Shown here: positions 24,301 through 36,300 of the stretch, one piece after another
Layout of the letters: each line of letters begins with the position of its first letter
How positions within the stretch are numbered: position 1 is the first letter of the stretch
Assembly (NCBI RefSeq): GCF_963921235.1
Contig: NC_086108.1
Coordinates: forward strand, 113,028,001-113,092,000
From: Mobula hypostoma
Lineage: Eukaryota
Direction: 5' to 3'
Length of the DNA: 64,000 nucleotides
Translations under genes and position numbers: made by a program
Notes under the pieces: model-generated
The model's input: the letters and a program-made list of their open reading frames with translations, nothing else
What the model was told of the DNA's origin: nothing
Database searches by the model: none

Positions 24301-27300
24301 ATAAGAATTGTGAGCGTGATTTTGTGTGTAGGTTTTGCAGTTCAATAAAATGTGTTATGGTTTCATTAAACATAAAACTGCTGACTTCATTTTATTTGCT
24401 AAAATCTACAGACGTACCGGTTGATAGGTTAATTGGTTACTGTTAATTGTCCTGTGATTGGTCTGGGATTAAATTGGGGGATTACTGGGCAGAATGGCTC
24501 GAAGGCTAGGAAGGTCCTATTCCACTCTTTATCTCAAGAAACAATTAAAATACATACAGTTGGCTTGTGCACTGTACACAGACAGATTGTAGGTACATAA
24601 AGCGACCCTAGGTGCAGGATTATCGGAACAGGAGACAGGAAATAACAATCTGATCCTTGGCAAGAGCAACTCTTCTAGGTAGGAGCAGGGCAGCTGAAAA
24701 CAGAGACTGTGTCAGTGTGGAGTACGGTTAAAATTGTTTCTGGCTGACATGTCAGCACCTGTACTTGACCTAGGCTGTAGATTTGCATATGGAGTTGTAC
24801 AGTAATTGGCAATAAATGCCGCTGATAATTGCTGAGTCTTTGAAGGGGAAATGTGAGAGCCAGATCCAGGCTCAGGTAACAACCCACACCTTCACAGTTC
24901 ACTGAAATTACTGAATCAGTGCCATCGCTTGCCAACTTTAAAGAAAGATAAAGATCAGGTTCATTTGTCACGTTAACATTGAAACATCGAAGTGTATAAT
25001 GGCAGGAGGAGAAGATGGCGGCGCGCCGCGTGTGCGCAGCCCTCCAGTGAAAAATGATATCGTATCTGTGAAATAGGGGCCGTGGACAATTCTGATTTGA
25101 TGGAGAATGGACGTGAAAGCACAGAGGAACATCTGGAGAAATTTCTGAAATGCCCGTTCACTGCTGTCGTTACTGTGTGGTAGCAATCTTTCGGAGGGTA
25201 GGCCTCAAAATCCCCGGCCTTGCCTGCTGTCGGTGACCAAGGTTGAGGTCGAATCGTTCGGACAGAGATGGCTCTCAGTACTCGGTGTCAGAGAGCTGAT
25301 CAGAGCTTGGAGTTTTCGGATGACTCAGAGTCGGATTGTGGTCGGGCATGGCGGGGAGAGTTCTTCCTTCTCCCGTCTGCGTGAGATGTGGGACATTTGA
25401 GAGACTTTGAACTTTACTGTGCTCATGGACTTCTTCATCAAGTTATGGTATTGTTACACTGTTTGTAACTATATGTTATAATTATGTGGTTTTGTCAGTT
25501 TTTTCAGTCTTGGTTTGTCCTGTGTTTTGTGATATCACACCGGAGGAAATATTGTATCATTTCTTAATGCATGCATTACTAAATGACAGTAAAAGAGGAC
25601 TACGTGTCTTCATAATCATATAATCATATAGTCAAATGCGTTGTTTGCATCAATGGCCAACACCATCTGAGATATGTTGAAGGCAGCCCACAAGTTTGGA
25701 ACAAACTAGATGGGCCAAAGGACCTGTTTCTGTGCTGTAGTGCTCTAGAAGTGTCACCAAGCTTCTAGCCCCAACACAGCATGCCACATCTTACCAACCC
25801 TAAGCTGTACGTCGCAGGGAATGTGGGTGGAAACTGAAGCAGCTGGAGGAAACCCTCATGGATCTGGGGAGAGTGCACGTCCAAACTGCTGAGAATGTGC
25901 TGTGCTGTAAAGTGTTGTGCTAACCACTACACCACTGGGCCTCCCTCACTTGGAGTAAGGGCCCAGCCAATGCACGCTGCTCCAGAGTCCTGGGTTTCAT
26001 TCTGACCTCCAGCGCTGACTGTGTGCAATTTGCATATTCCCCCCATGACCCTGTGGAGCCTTCGGTTGCTCCAGTTCCCTCCCACATCCCAAGGATGTGT
26101 AGAGTGGGGTAGTTTAACTGGCTGCTGTAAGTAACCCTTGTACACTGGTCTCCCTGTACAGGAGTTGGCAAGTTAGGACTGGCAAAGAACTGCGATGAAG
26201 CTCGAAGATCCATCAGAAATTCGGAAGTCAAGATCTGATAGCCAAAGCTATGGGTCTACCAGATCTGTAGAGGGTGAAACAGTAAATGGTCAGGTCCAGG
26301 TCCATTGATTAGAAATCGGTTGGAGAGATACAAAGATAGCTTTTGGTTCAGAGGAATTGGGCAGGATGTCTCTGATGCGGTGAGGCCAAGGTTGTTAGTG
26401 GGATAAATAACTTTTAAGTGGTTTATGGCAGCCAGTAATACCTGCAGATAATCCATTGTGTAGAAAATGGTGGCTGTATGTGGGTCACACCAGGGACAAC
26501 ACTTGCTGTCCATTTTTCCAATACTGTCATAGAGCACAGAACTGGGCCCTTCGACCAGTCTAGTCTGTGCCAAACTGTTATGTTGCCTAGTCCAATGGAC
26601 CAGTATCTGACCATACCCCTCCCATCCACGTACATCCAAAATCAAACCACATCTATCACTTCCACTGGCAACTCGTTCCACATTCTCACTGCCCTCTGAG
26701 TGAAGAAATTCCCCCTCGGGTTCCCCTTAAATATTTCACTTTTCACTCGTAACCCATGACCTCGAGTTCTAGTCTCACCCAACCTGAGTGGAAAAAGCCT
26801 GCTTGCATTTACCTTGCCTATACCCCTCATAAATTTGAATACCTCTATCAAATCTCCTCTCATTCTCCTGCGCTCCGGGGAATAAAGTCTGAAGCAATAA
26901 CTCAGGTCCTCTAGTCCTGGCAACATCCTTGTAAAGTTTCTCTGTACTCTTTCAACCTTATTTACATCATTCCTGTAGGTAGGTGATCAGAACTGTATAC
27001 AATATTCCAAATTAGACCTCACGAACATCTTATACAACTTCAACATATTATCCCAATATTGCAACATAGACCACATTTCAAAGCAATCGCATTCTTTCTG
27101 GACACTGTTGGAGCATCCAGCAGGACACGAGAAGAACGGCAGAAATGCTGAGACTCACCATCACTCCGCGGGATCCTCTCACGCCCTTTATCCCCTTTTC
27201 TCCTTGTAGCCCTCGCTCCCCAGGGTCTCCCTGCTCTCCTGGAGGACCTTGCTGGCCTTTCTTTCCCTGAAGGAAGAGAGAAGCAGCACATTACGGATTC

Positions 27301-30300
27301 TCAGTTTCACAATGTATTCCCTGGAATCAGATGCGTAATCCTTCTCTCTCCCCCACCCCCACTGACCAATCAGCCCATTCGCTAAAGACCTGTGCTGGAG
27401 TGTTCACTGAGGTCTTTAAACTCTCACTTCGGCAGTCTGAGGAAGCCACTGCTTCAGGCAGGCATCTACTACTCCGGTACCCAAGAGAACGCGGTAGGCT
27501 GCCGCCATGACCATGGTCCAGTAGCACTTACATCCACTGTGATCAAATGTTTTGAGAGGTTGACGATGAAACACATCAACTCCTGCCTGAGCAGCGAAAT
27601 TTGCCTATCAGCACAAGGGGTCCTAGGCAATTGCCATCTCACAGGTTCTTCACTCAACCATGGAACGTCTGGACAGTGAGATGCATATATCAGGATGCTC
27701 TTCATTGACGACAGCTCAGCATTCAATACTATCATCCCCCCTACTGTGAACGCCCGCAAGAAAATGCATCTCGGGGTTGTACACGGTGACATGCGTGCAC
27801 TGTGATCACAAATTTCATTTCAGCTTTGAAGGAACTGAGAGCACCTTTCGTCCTGCGCGCCCTTGCTGTCCTCGTTTGCCTCGTGCCCCGTCAGGTCCCT
27901 GTGGGCAGAAACGATGGTTTCATTAATGCATCGGGAGCAGCTTCACAAATAGCAACATCTAAACTGGGAGTATCAGTAGTCCTTCCAGTCCCTGCGGTCA
28001 CCCCACCATTCATGGAGATTAGGCTGACTGACCTCAGTGCCAGTCGGAGAAGGACGGCTTTATTTATCACATGTGCATTGAAATACACCGTGAAATGTGT
28101 CGTTTGCGTATAGACCCGCAGAGTTCGAGGATGTGCTGGGGGCAGCCCACAACTCTAATCGTACTTCTGGTGCCAACAGAACATGCTCACAACACACTAA
28201 CCCTAACCTGTATGTCGGTGAATGAGCAAGTGCAGCAGGCAGCGAAGAAGGCTAATGGAATGTTGGCCTTTATTACAAAGGGAATTGAGTACAAGAGCAA
28301 GGAAATTCTTTTGCATTTGTACAGGGCCCTGGCGAGATCACACCTGGAGTATTGTGTGCAGTTTTGATCTCCAGGGTTAAGGAAGGACATCCTGGCTGTG
28401 GAGGAGGTACAGCGTAGATTCACTAGGCTAATTCCTGGGATGTCCGGACTGTCTTACGCAGAGAGGTTAGAGAGACTGGGCTTGTACACCCTGGAATTAA
28501 GGAGATTGAGGGGGGATCTGATTGAGACATATAAGATTATTAAGGGATTGGACAAGATAGAGGCAGGAAATATGTTCCAGATGCTGGGAGAGTCCAGTAC
28601 CAGAGGGCATGGTTTAAGAATAAGGGGTAGGTCATTTAGGACAGAGTTGAGGAGGAACTTCTTCTCCCAGAGAGTTGTGGAGGTATGGAACGCGCTGCCT
28701 CAGAAGGCAGTGGAGGCCAATTCTCTGGATGCTTTCAAGAAGGAGCTAGATAGGTATCTTATGGATAGGGGAATCAAGGGTTATGGGGACAAGGCAGGAA
28801 CCGGGTATTGATAGTAGATGATCAGCCATGATCTCAGAATGGCGGTGCAGGCTCGAAGGGCCGAATGGTCTACTTCTGCACCTATTGTCTATTGTCTATG
28901 AAATGTGGGAGGAACCCATGTGGTCATAGGGAGAACGTATAAGCTCCTTACAAATAGCAGTGGGAATTGAACCCTAGTCTTCCTGCTGGCACTGTAAAAC
29001 ATTATGTTAACTGCCACACTACCCCGCTGTGCCTCAATTTACTGCAGAAAATTGGTTTATTATTATTACATGTACCAAGGTGCAATGAAAAACTTTGTTT
29101 TCAAGTTCAGTTTATAGTCATTCAACTATACACATGCATATCACCAAATGAAACAGTGTTCCTTTTCACTTTACATTAAAAAATAAACAGTATAACGCCA
29201 CTGGTGCTTCACGTGTGATGAGACCTGAGTGGTGACACAGAGTTCAGTAATCTCACGTCCTGGGGGAAGAAGCTGGTTCACATTCTAACAGCCCTTGTCC
29301 TAATGCTACGGTGTCTGGTAGGGGTTCTGAGATTGCTGGATGGATGGAATCTATTTGTACGTCATCCAGAAAGATCATTTCATGACAGCAGTGCACTGAG
29401 CTTGTACAAAGAAACAATAAAAGAATGCAGAATAAGTGTTACAGTTACAGAGCAGGTCTGGTGCAGGCGTACAGTCAGGTTCCAGTCCATAGTGAAATAG
29501 ATTGTAAAGTCAAAAGTTCTATTGAGAAACCATGTGTCCTGTAATTATCATACTAGGGAACCATTCAATACTCTTATAACAGTGGGATAGAAGGGTCTCG
29601 GCCTGAAACGTCAACTGTTTAATCATTTCCATAGATGCTGCCTGACCAGCAGAGTTACTCCACAATGTGCTGCTCAGGAAAGAAGCTGTCCTTGAACCTG
29701 GTGGTACGTGCTTTCAGGCTTTTGTATCTTCTCTCCGAAGGGAGAGAGGAGAAGGGAGAATGTCCGGGGTGCGTGGGGTCCTCGATTACTGTTCTGCGAT
29801 GTTGTGGATTCAGTGGGCTGAAGGGCTTGTGCCAATGCTCTGGTTTACTGAAATGTACTGAGATACGTTAAAACGCTTGCCCTGCATATTGCTCATACAG
29901 ATCAGATCATTGAAGAGTACGTACAACTAGAGTAAAATAAAACAATAACAATGCAGAAACAAAGTGTAAGAGCTGGAGAACGTGCAGTGCAGCCGAACAT
30001 ACAAAGGCACAATGACGTAGATCGTGAGGCCAAGAGTCTGCCGTGTCACACACAGAGTCTGATAACAACGGGGTAGAAGCCGTCCTTGAGCCTGGTGGCA
30101 TGTGCACTCAAGCTATTGGATCCTCAGCCTGATGGGAGAGGGGAGAAGAGGGAATGCCTGGGATATTCCCATGTTCTATTTCCTTTCCATCCAGAGATCC
30201 AATCCACAGGAATGTAAAAGGCTGTAGCGAGTATTGGACGTAGCCCGATATATCACGGGCACATCCCCCCCCACCATCAGTAGTATCTAGAGGAGCCTCT

Positions 30301-33300
30301 GCCTCAAAAAAGTAACACCCATCATCAAAGGTCCCCACCATCTGGATGGTCGCATTCCTCACTGCTACCATCGAAAAGGAGGTTCAAGAGCAACCCTTTC
30401 CGGCATGATGATGGTGTGTTTGCATGCCACTGCCTCTCAGGGGCCAGCCAAAGGTGTCTCTTTTCTTTATAAAATGTCTTTTTTTATGATCACAAGAGAA
30501 TGCTGGACTCTAAGAACTTCAGATACTGTAGGTCTAGTCCATCTGTGAGCTGCTTATTGGCGGGGGTGTTGGACTGGGTGCAGACCATGTCGATGCCTGC
30601 TACAGGAAGGCATCAAAGGCATTGGAGTTGGGGCAGTGTAACTGTGGGTGATTGTCTTGGACATTTCCCTTGTGATCGCAAGACCTTGTTGGACATTTAT
30701 AAAGTAAAGTGCCACAGGCCTGTTTCCCTTGTTTGGTGGTTGGACAGATGGCAGGGCAGCTGCATGGCCTCGGATGCAGCAAGGAATAGGGCTTGCCTGC
30801 TTTTGCAGTCCAGGAGAGGAGATGCTGGAGGTGGTGTCGTGTGGCATCCGTGCTCGGTTATGGGCTGGTCTCTCCCACTGGTGCTGCCCTCCAGTATTTG
30901 ATCAGTGGAATGACAAGCTCGATTGCATATCATCAATTTGTGGGACAACACACCTAAAAGTTGCTGGTGAACGCAGCAGGCCAGGCAGCATCTCTAGGAA
31001 GAGGTACAGTCGACGTTTCAGGCCGAGACCCTTCGTCAGGACTAACTGGAAGAAGAGCTAAATCTCTTACTAGCTCCTCCTTCAGTTAGTCCTGACGAAG
31101 GGTCTCAGCCTGAAACGTCGACTGTACCCCTTCCTAGAGATGCTGCCTGGCCTGCTGCGTTCACCAGCAACTTTTATGTGTGTTGCTTGAAATTCCAGCA
31201 TCTGCAGAATTCCTCATGTTTGAATTTGTGGGGCATGCTGCTTAGGGACTTGGGCTATATAGATGTTTTTTGCGTGACTATTGTTTTTCTCGCTAGTTTG
31301 AATGTGCTGTGTATGTTTTGCATTTTGGCTCCAGAGGAACATTGTTTCATTCGACTATATTCATGTATGGTTGAATGATAATTAAACTTGAACTTGAATT
31401 TTGAATTTGATTTGAATTCAGTTCTTGAACCTGCCGGCAAACTGTAATCACTACAGTTTAGCAACACAGTGACAACTTTGATCACTTTGTAATAAAATGA
31501 ACTTTGTGTTTTATGTGTTTTAACTGGTGTTGTTATTTACAATGTGTTTTCTTGGCAATGCTGCTTATCTGATGCTCCACACCTGTGATGCTGCTGTGAG
31601 AAGGTTTTTCATTGCACCTCTGCACATCTGGACTTGTGGGTATAACAATAAACTCAACTATGACTTGATTATTATGGACACATGGACCAAGATACAATGA
31701 AAAGCTTGTCTTGCATACTGTTCATACAGATCAAATCATTACGGAGTACACTTCAGGTAGAGAGTTTGGTTTTGAGAGTTCACGCCAAACACCTCGCTCT
31801 ACTTACCGGTAACCCGTTAATCCCAAGCCCTCCAGCTTCACCTGCTGATCCTCGATCTCCAGAGTCACCGCGTTCTCCCACCTCACCTTTGGGACCTTCG
31901 TCACCAGGTTCACCCTGAGAAAGCAGTGGCAATGTTTGTTATAGACTCTCCCCAGAACATAGAAGAGTACAGAACAGGAACAGGCTATTCCGTCCACAGT
32001 GTTGTGAAGAACCAAATAAATTAGTAATCCAATGGCCAACTAAACTAATCTCATCTGCCTACACAATGTCCATATCCCTCCATTCACCTCACATTTGTGT
32101 GCCAATCTTAAAAGTTCCTAATGTATCAGCCTCTACCCCCCACTCTCTGTGTAAAAACACTGCCCTCACATCTACCCCCCTCCACCCTCACCTCATTCCC
32201 TCTGGTATTGGACAGTTCAAACCTGGGATAAACATATTGTCTGTCGACTCCGAGAGACATAAATAAAACCTCTGTCAGATCTGCCCTCAGTCTCCACCGC
32301 TCCAAAGAAAACATCCTACTTCAGGATATGCTAACATCTCACACCAGCTCTCAGTGACCTGTTTCTGAACTGCGAGGACTGGTAAGAAAATAAATTGGTT
32401 TACTACTGTCACGTGTACTGAGACACAGTGGAAAGATACAGTAAATCTGTTCATACAGATCAGGTCATTACGCAGTGCACTACAAAAGCTGGAACAGAAT
32501 ACAGAGTAGAGCATGCAGAATAACAGCAGCGTAGTGGTTAGGGCTTCACATTCCAGCATGAGCCGGGTTCAATTCCCACCGCTGTCTGTAAGGAGTTTGT
32601 ATGTTTGCGCTGTGACCATGTGGGTTTCCTCTGGGTGCTCTGGCTCTCTCCCACAATTCAAAGATGTACGGGTTAGGGATAATGAGTTGTGGGCATGACA
32701 TGTGACGACACTTGCTGGCTGCCCTCAGCACAATCCACACTGATTTGATTTGACACAATGTACTTCACTGTATGTTTTGATATACAGTGACAAACAAAGC
32801 TCATTTTTAATTGTTAAACTATTACAGTTACAGAGAAAGTGCAGGCAGACAGACAATAGGGTGCAAGGCCATAACGAGGTAGATTGTGAGGTCAAGAGTC
32901 TAACTTATCGTATTGGAGAAGCATTCAGTAGTCTTACAACAGTGGGGCAGAAGTTGTGCTCACAATTCACCTCAATATGTCCCTATTGTCTGCCTGCACT
33001 GCACCTTCTCTGTAACCGTTACACTTCATCGTGCATTGTCTTTGCTTTACCTTGTTCTATTTCTCTGGTCAAGAAGTCACAGCAGTGTCTACACTTTCTG
33101 ATGAGACTCAGGTGACCAAGGCTCCCCACCCCCATTCTAACAACTTTCTACAGAGCTCCATCAAGAATGCCCTGATTGGCTGCATCATTGTTTGGTATGG
33201 AAACTACAAGGCATTGGAACGCAAGACCCTACAGAGGACAGGCGATCACCAGGGTCTCCTACCCTCCCCCATTCACTGGGAACGTTATAGACAAAGAACC

Positions 33301-36300
33301 TGGAGCATTGTTGAGGATCCCACAATCTCTTTGACCCATGACCATCAGGAAGCGGGTACAAGAGCATCAGGACTCAGACTATCAGACCGGGTAACAGCTT
33401 CTTCCCTCAGACTGTGAAACTAATGACTACCCTGCCGTCACCGAGGTCTTGTCACTAGGACTGTGAACCATTTACTGTTTACCTGTGCTGTGTACTACAT
33501 GATTTTTCAGTGATACTTAATTAAATTTTATTAACTGATTTATGGTAATATTTTGGCTGATGTGTGATATATGTTTTGTTGGTGAACCGTGATCTGGAGA
33601 AACGTTGTTTCATTTGGTCGTATGTGTGTACAGTCAGATGATAATAAACTTGAACTTCAGTGCGCTGTGTAATGAATTGATCTGTATGGACAGTTTGCAA
33701 GACAAACCGTTCACTGTTCCACCAGTTCCATTTTCAGTTTACACAAAGTCATGGCGTTATAGAGTGTGGAGAGGCCCTTTGGCCCAACTCATCCATGCTG
33801 ACCGAGGTGCCTACCAGTGCTAGTCCCATTTGCCTGTGTTGGGCCCATATCCTTCTCGCCACTGTTCACAAACGGTGAGGTAGTGGAAAGGGTCTCTGGT
33901 TTCAAGTTTTTGTTGATGAACGTCACTGAGGAGCTCTCTTGGTCCGTCAATACAACCTCGATAGTAGGGAGGGCACAACAGTGACTACACCAACAGAGGT
34001 GCTTAAGGAGAGCTAATCTGCTGGCCAACTTCTATCGATGTGCAATACAGTGCATACTGATAGATGGAACAGCAGTGTGGGATTCTCACTGTAGCAAGGC
34101 AGATCACAAAGCACTCCATTGGGTGATTAGGACATCTCAGTGCATCACTGGGACTCAGCCACTGGATCTGGAGACAATCTACAATGACGACACTCTTGGA
34201 ACATCATCAAAGACCCATCCCATCCCGCACACTGTCTGTTCAATCTCCTGCCATCTGGTAGGAGATATAGAATCTTAGCCAAGACAGTCGATGTGAACAA
34301 CAGCTTCTTTCCAAGGGCTGTTATGGAGCTGAATAACACTACACCCCGGCTTGCAATGCTTTGAGTGTTATGGACTATCAAAGTCACTTGCTGCATATAA
34401 ATACAGGAATTTTTAAAAATTAGCCAGTACCGCATGTATTGTAAATATCTGTTTTGCACAGACTTGAGCAATGACAATAAGTTCTCTTCTATTCTATTTT
34501 ATCTGTGTACCCACCAAGGGTCTTTTCAATGTTGTAATTGTACCTGCTTCATCTACGTCCTCGTTCCACACACTCGTCACCCTCCGGGCCCCTGTAAAAC
34601 CTTTCCCCTCTCACCTTAAACCTTTGCCCTCTAGATATGATTCAACAACCCTGGGTGAAAGACTGAGTGCATTCACCCTATTGCTTTATAGCTTTGATTG
34701 TCACAGGTACGTCAAAACATTCAGTGAAATGCGTTGCTTGCATCACAGTTCATAGATATGCTGTGGTCATACCACAACCACAAGTCACACTTCCGACACT
34801 AACAGAATTTACTAATCCTAACCCGTGCGTCTTTGGAATGCAGGAGAAGCCCGGAACACCCAGAGGAAACACATGTGATCACAAGGAGGATGTACAGACA
34901 GTGATGGGAATTGAACCTGGCTTGCAGGTGTTGTAAAACACTACCCTGACCAGTACACTACCATGCTGCCCTCAGTCTCCTCCACGGCTAGGAAGTGAAG
35001 TGATGCCCTCTTCGCATTGCTACCAACAGGAAAGAAGTACAGGAGCCTGAGGACACACACTCAGGAACAGCTTCATCTGCTCCGCCATCAGAGCTCTGAG
35101 TGGACTATGAACTCGACCTCACTATATATTTCCTATTGTAATTTATAGCTTTTTAAAATGATTATGTATGACAGTGCACCGCATCTGCAAAACAATAAAT
35201 TTCCCGACATATGCCAGTGATATCAATCCTGACACTGAAGGCGCTACAGGAATTCCTGTCCTTCCCGAATGGAACAGGTTAATCGGATTGGGTCAGTCAC
35301 CTGAGAAAGTGCAGCTGTGTGTGCTGATATACAGGGCTGCTCAGTCACGGGTTGTCTACATTGGCATTGTCCCCAGTGTCAGCCTAAACAAACACTGTGG
35401 GAGCTGCCTCGGCCTGTTCAACACAACCATCACAGATTTGCCTTCATTCCTGCAGAGGGATCGCTCACTGGGTGCAGCTGTTCACCCCTCTGGCACTTGA
35501 TCTGTCCTACCCCAGTACCCCAGCCTACAGCTCCGATCCCAAGGGTCAACCCACCACCCTGGTAAACCCCTCTGCCTCACAACTCTCCTCATCTGTAACT
35601 CCCTCCAAACCCCTAAACCCTTCCTCATAACAGCTTCTGGTCACTAAGTCCCTCCCCTCAGTCTCTGTAATCCCCCTGGCCCCTACACCCCTCCCTGTCT
35701 CTGTAACCCACTCTTACCCCTTCACCCTTCCTTGTCTCTGTAATCCACTCTTGTGTATGGGGTGTATGGGGTGTCAGGGAGGGGCAGCACCTCTGGTGGG
35801 GGAACATGTCGTGTCCTTTTCAAGGCGGTTAGTCCACCTTTGGTCCCCACCTGGCACTCAGCTCTCACCTGTGGCTCCCCGTAGCTGTTTGCATGCGACA
35901 GCAGCCACACCCCGGGCAACGGCTTCGACAAGCCGGCTAAACCAGGTGAGGGTAGCCGACGGGTCTCAAACTCTCGGTGAGATAGGGAGTTGTCTATCCC
36001 AGCATGTGAAGACAGACTCCGGCGGATTGAGCGGACGAGACCAATGGAAGGTCCAATGGTCAAGGCGGTCTCTGCAAGTGTCGTGGAACGTGTAGAGCAG
36101 GACAAGACACAGAAGACGTCCTGGTCATCCACTGCGCCTAGTCCCATCTCCAGCCGTCTCGACTCTGTCTTGCCACTGGACCCAGATGGGAATTGGGAAG
36201 AGAGAGTGAGGCTGACGCTGCACAACTCTCCCTCACTTAAATCCAAATCACGCGCTAGTCTCGACACCATCATTATGGTGTCGAGGTCCTCATCGACGTC

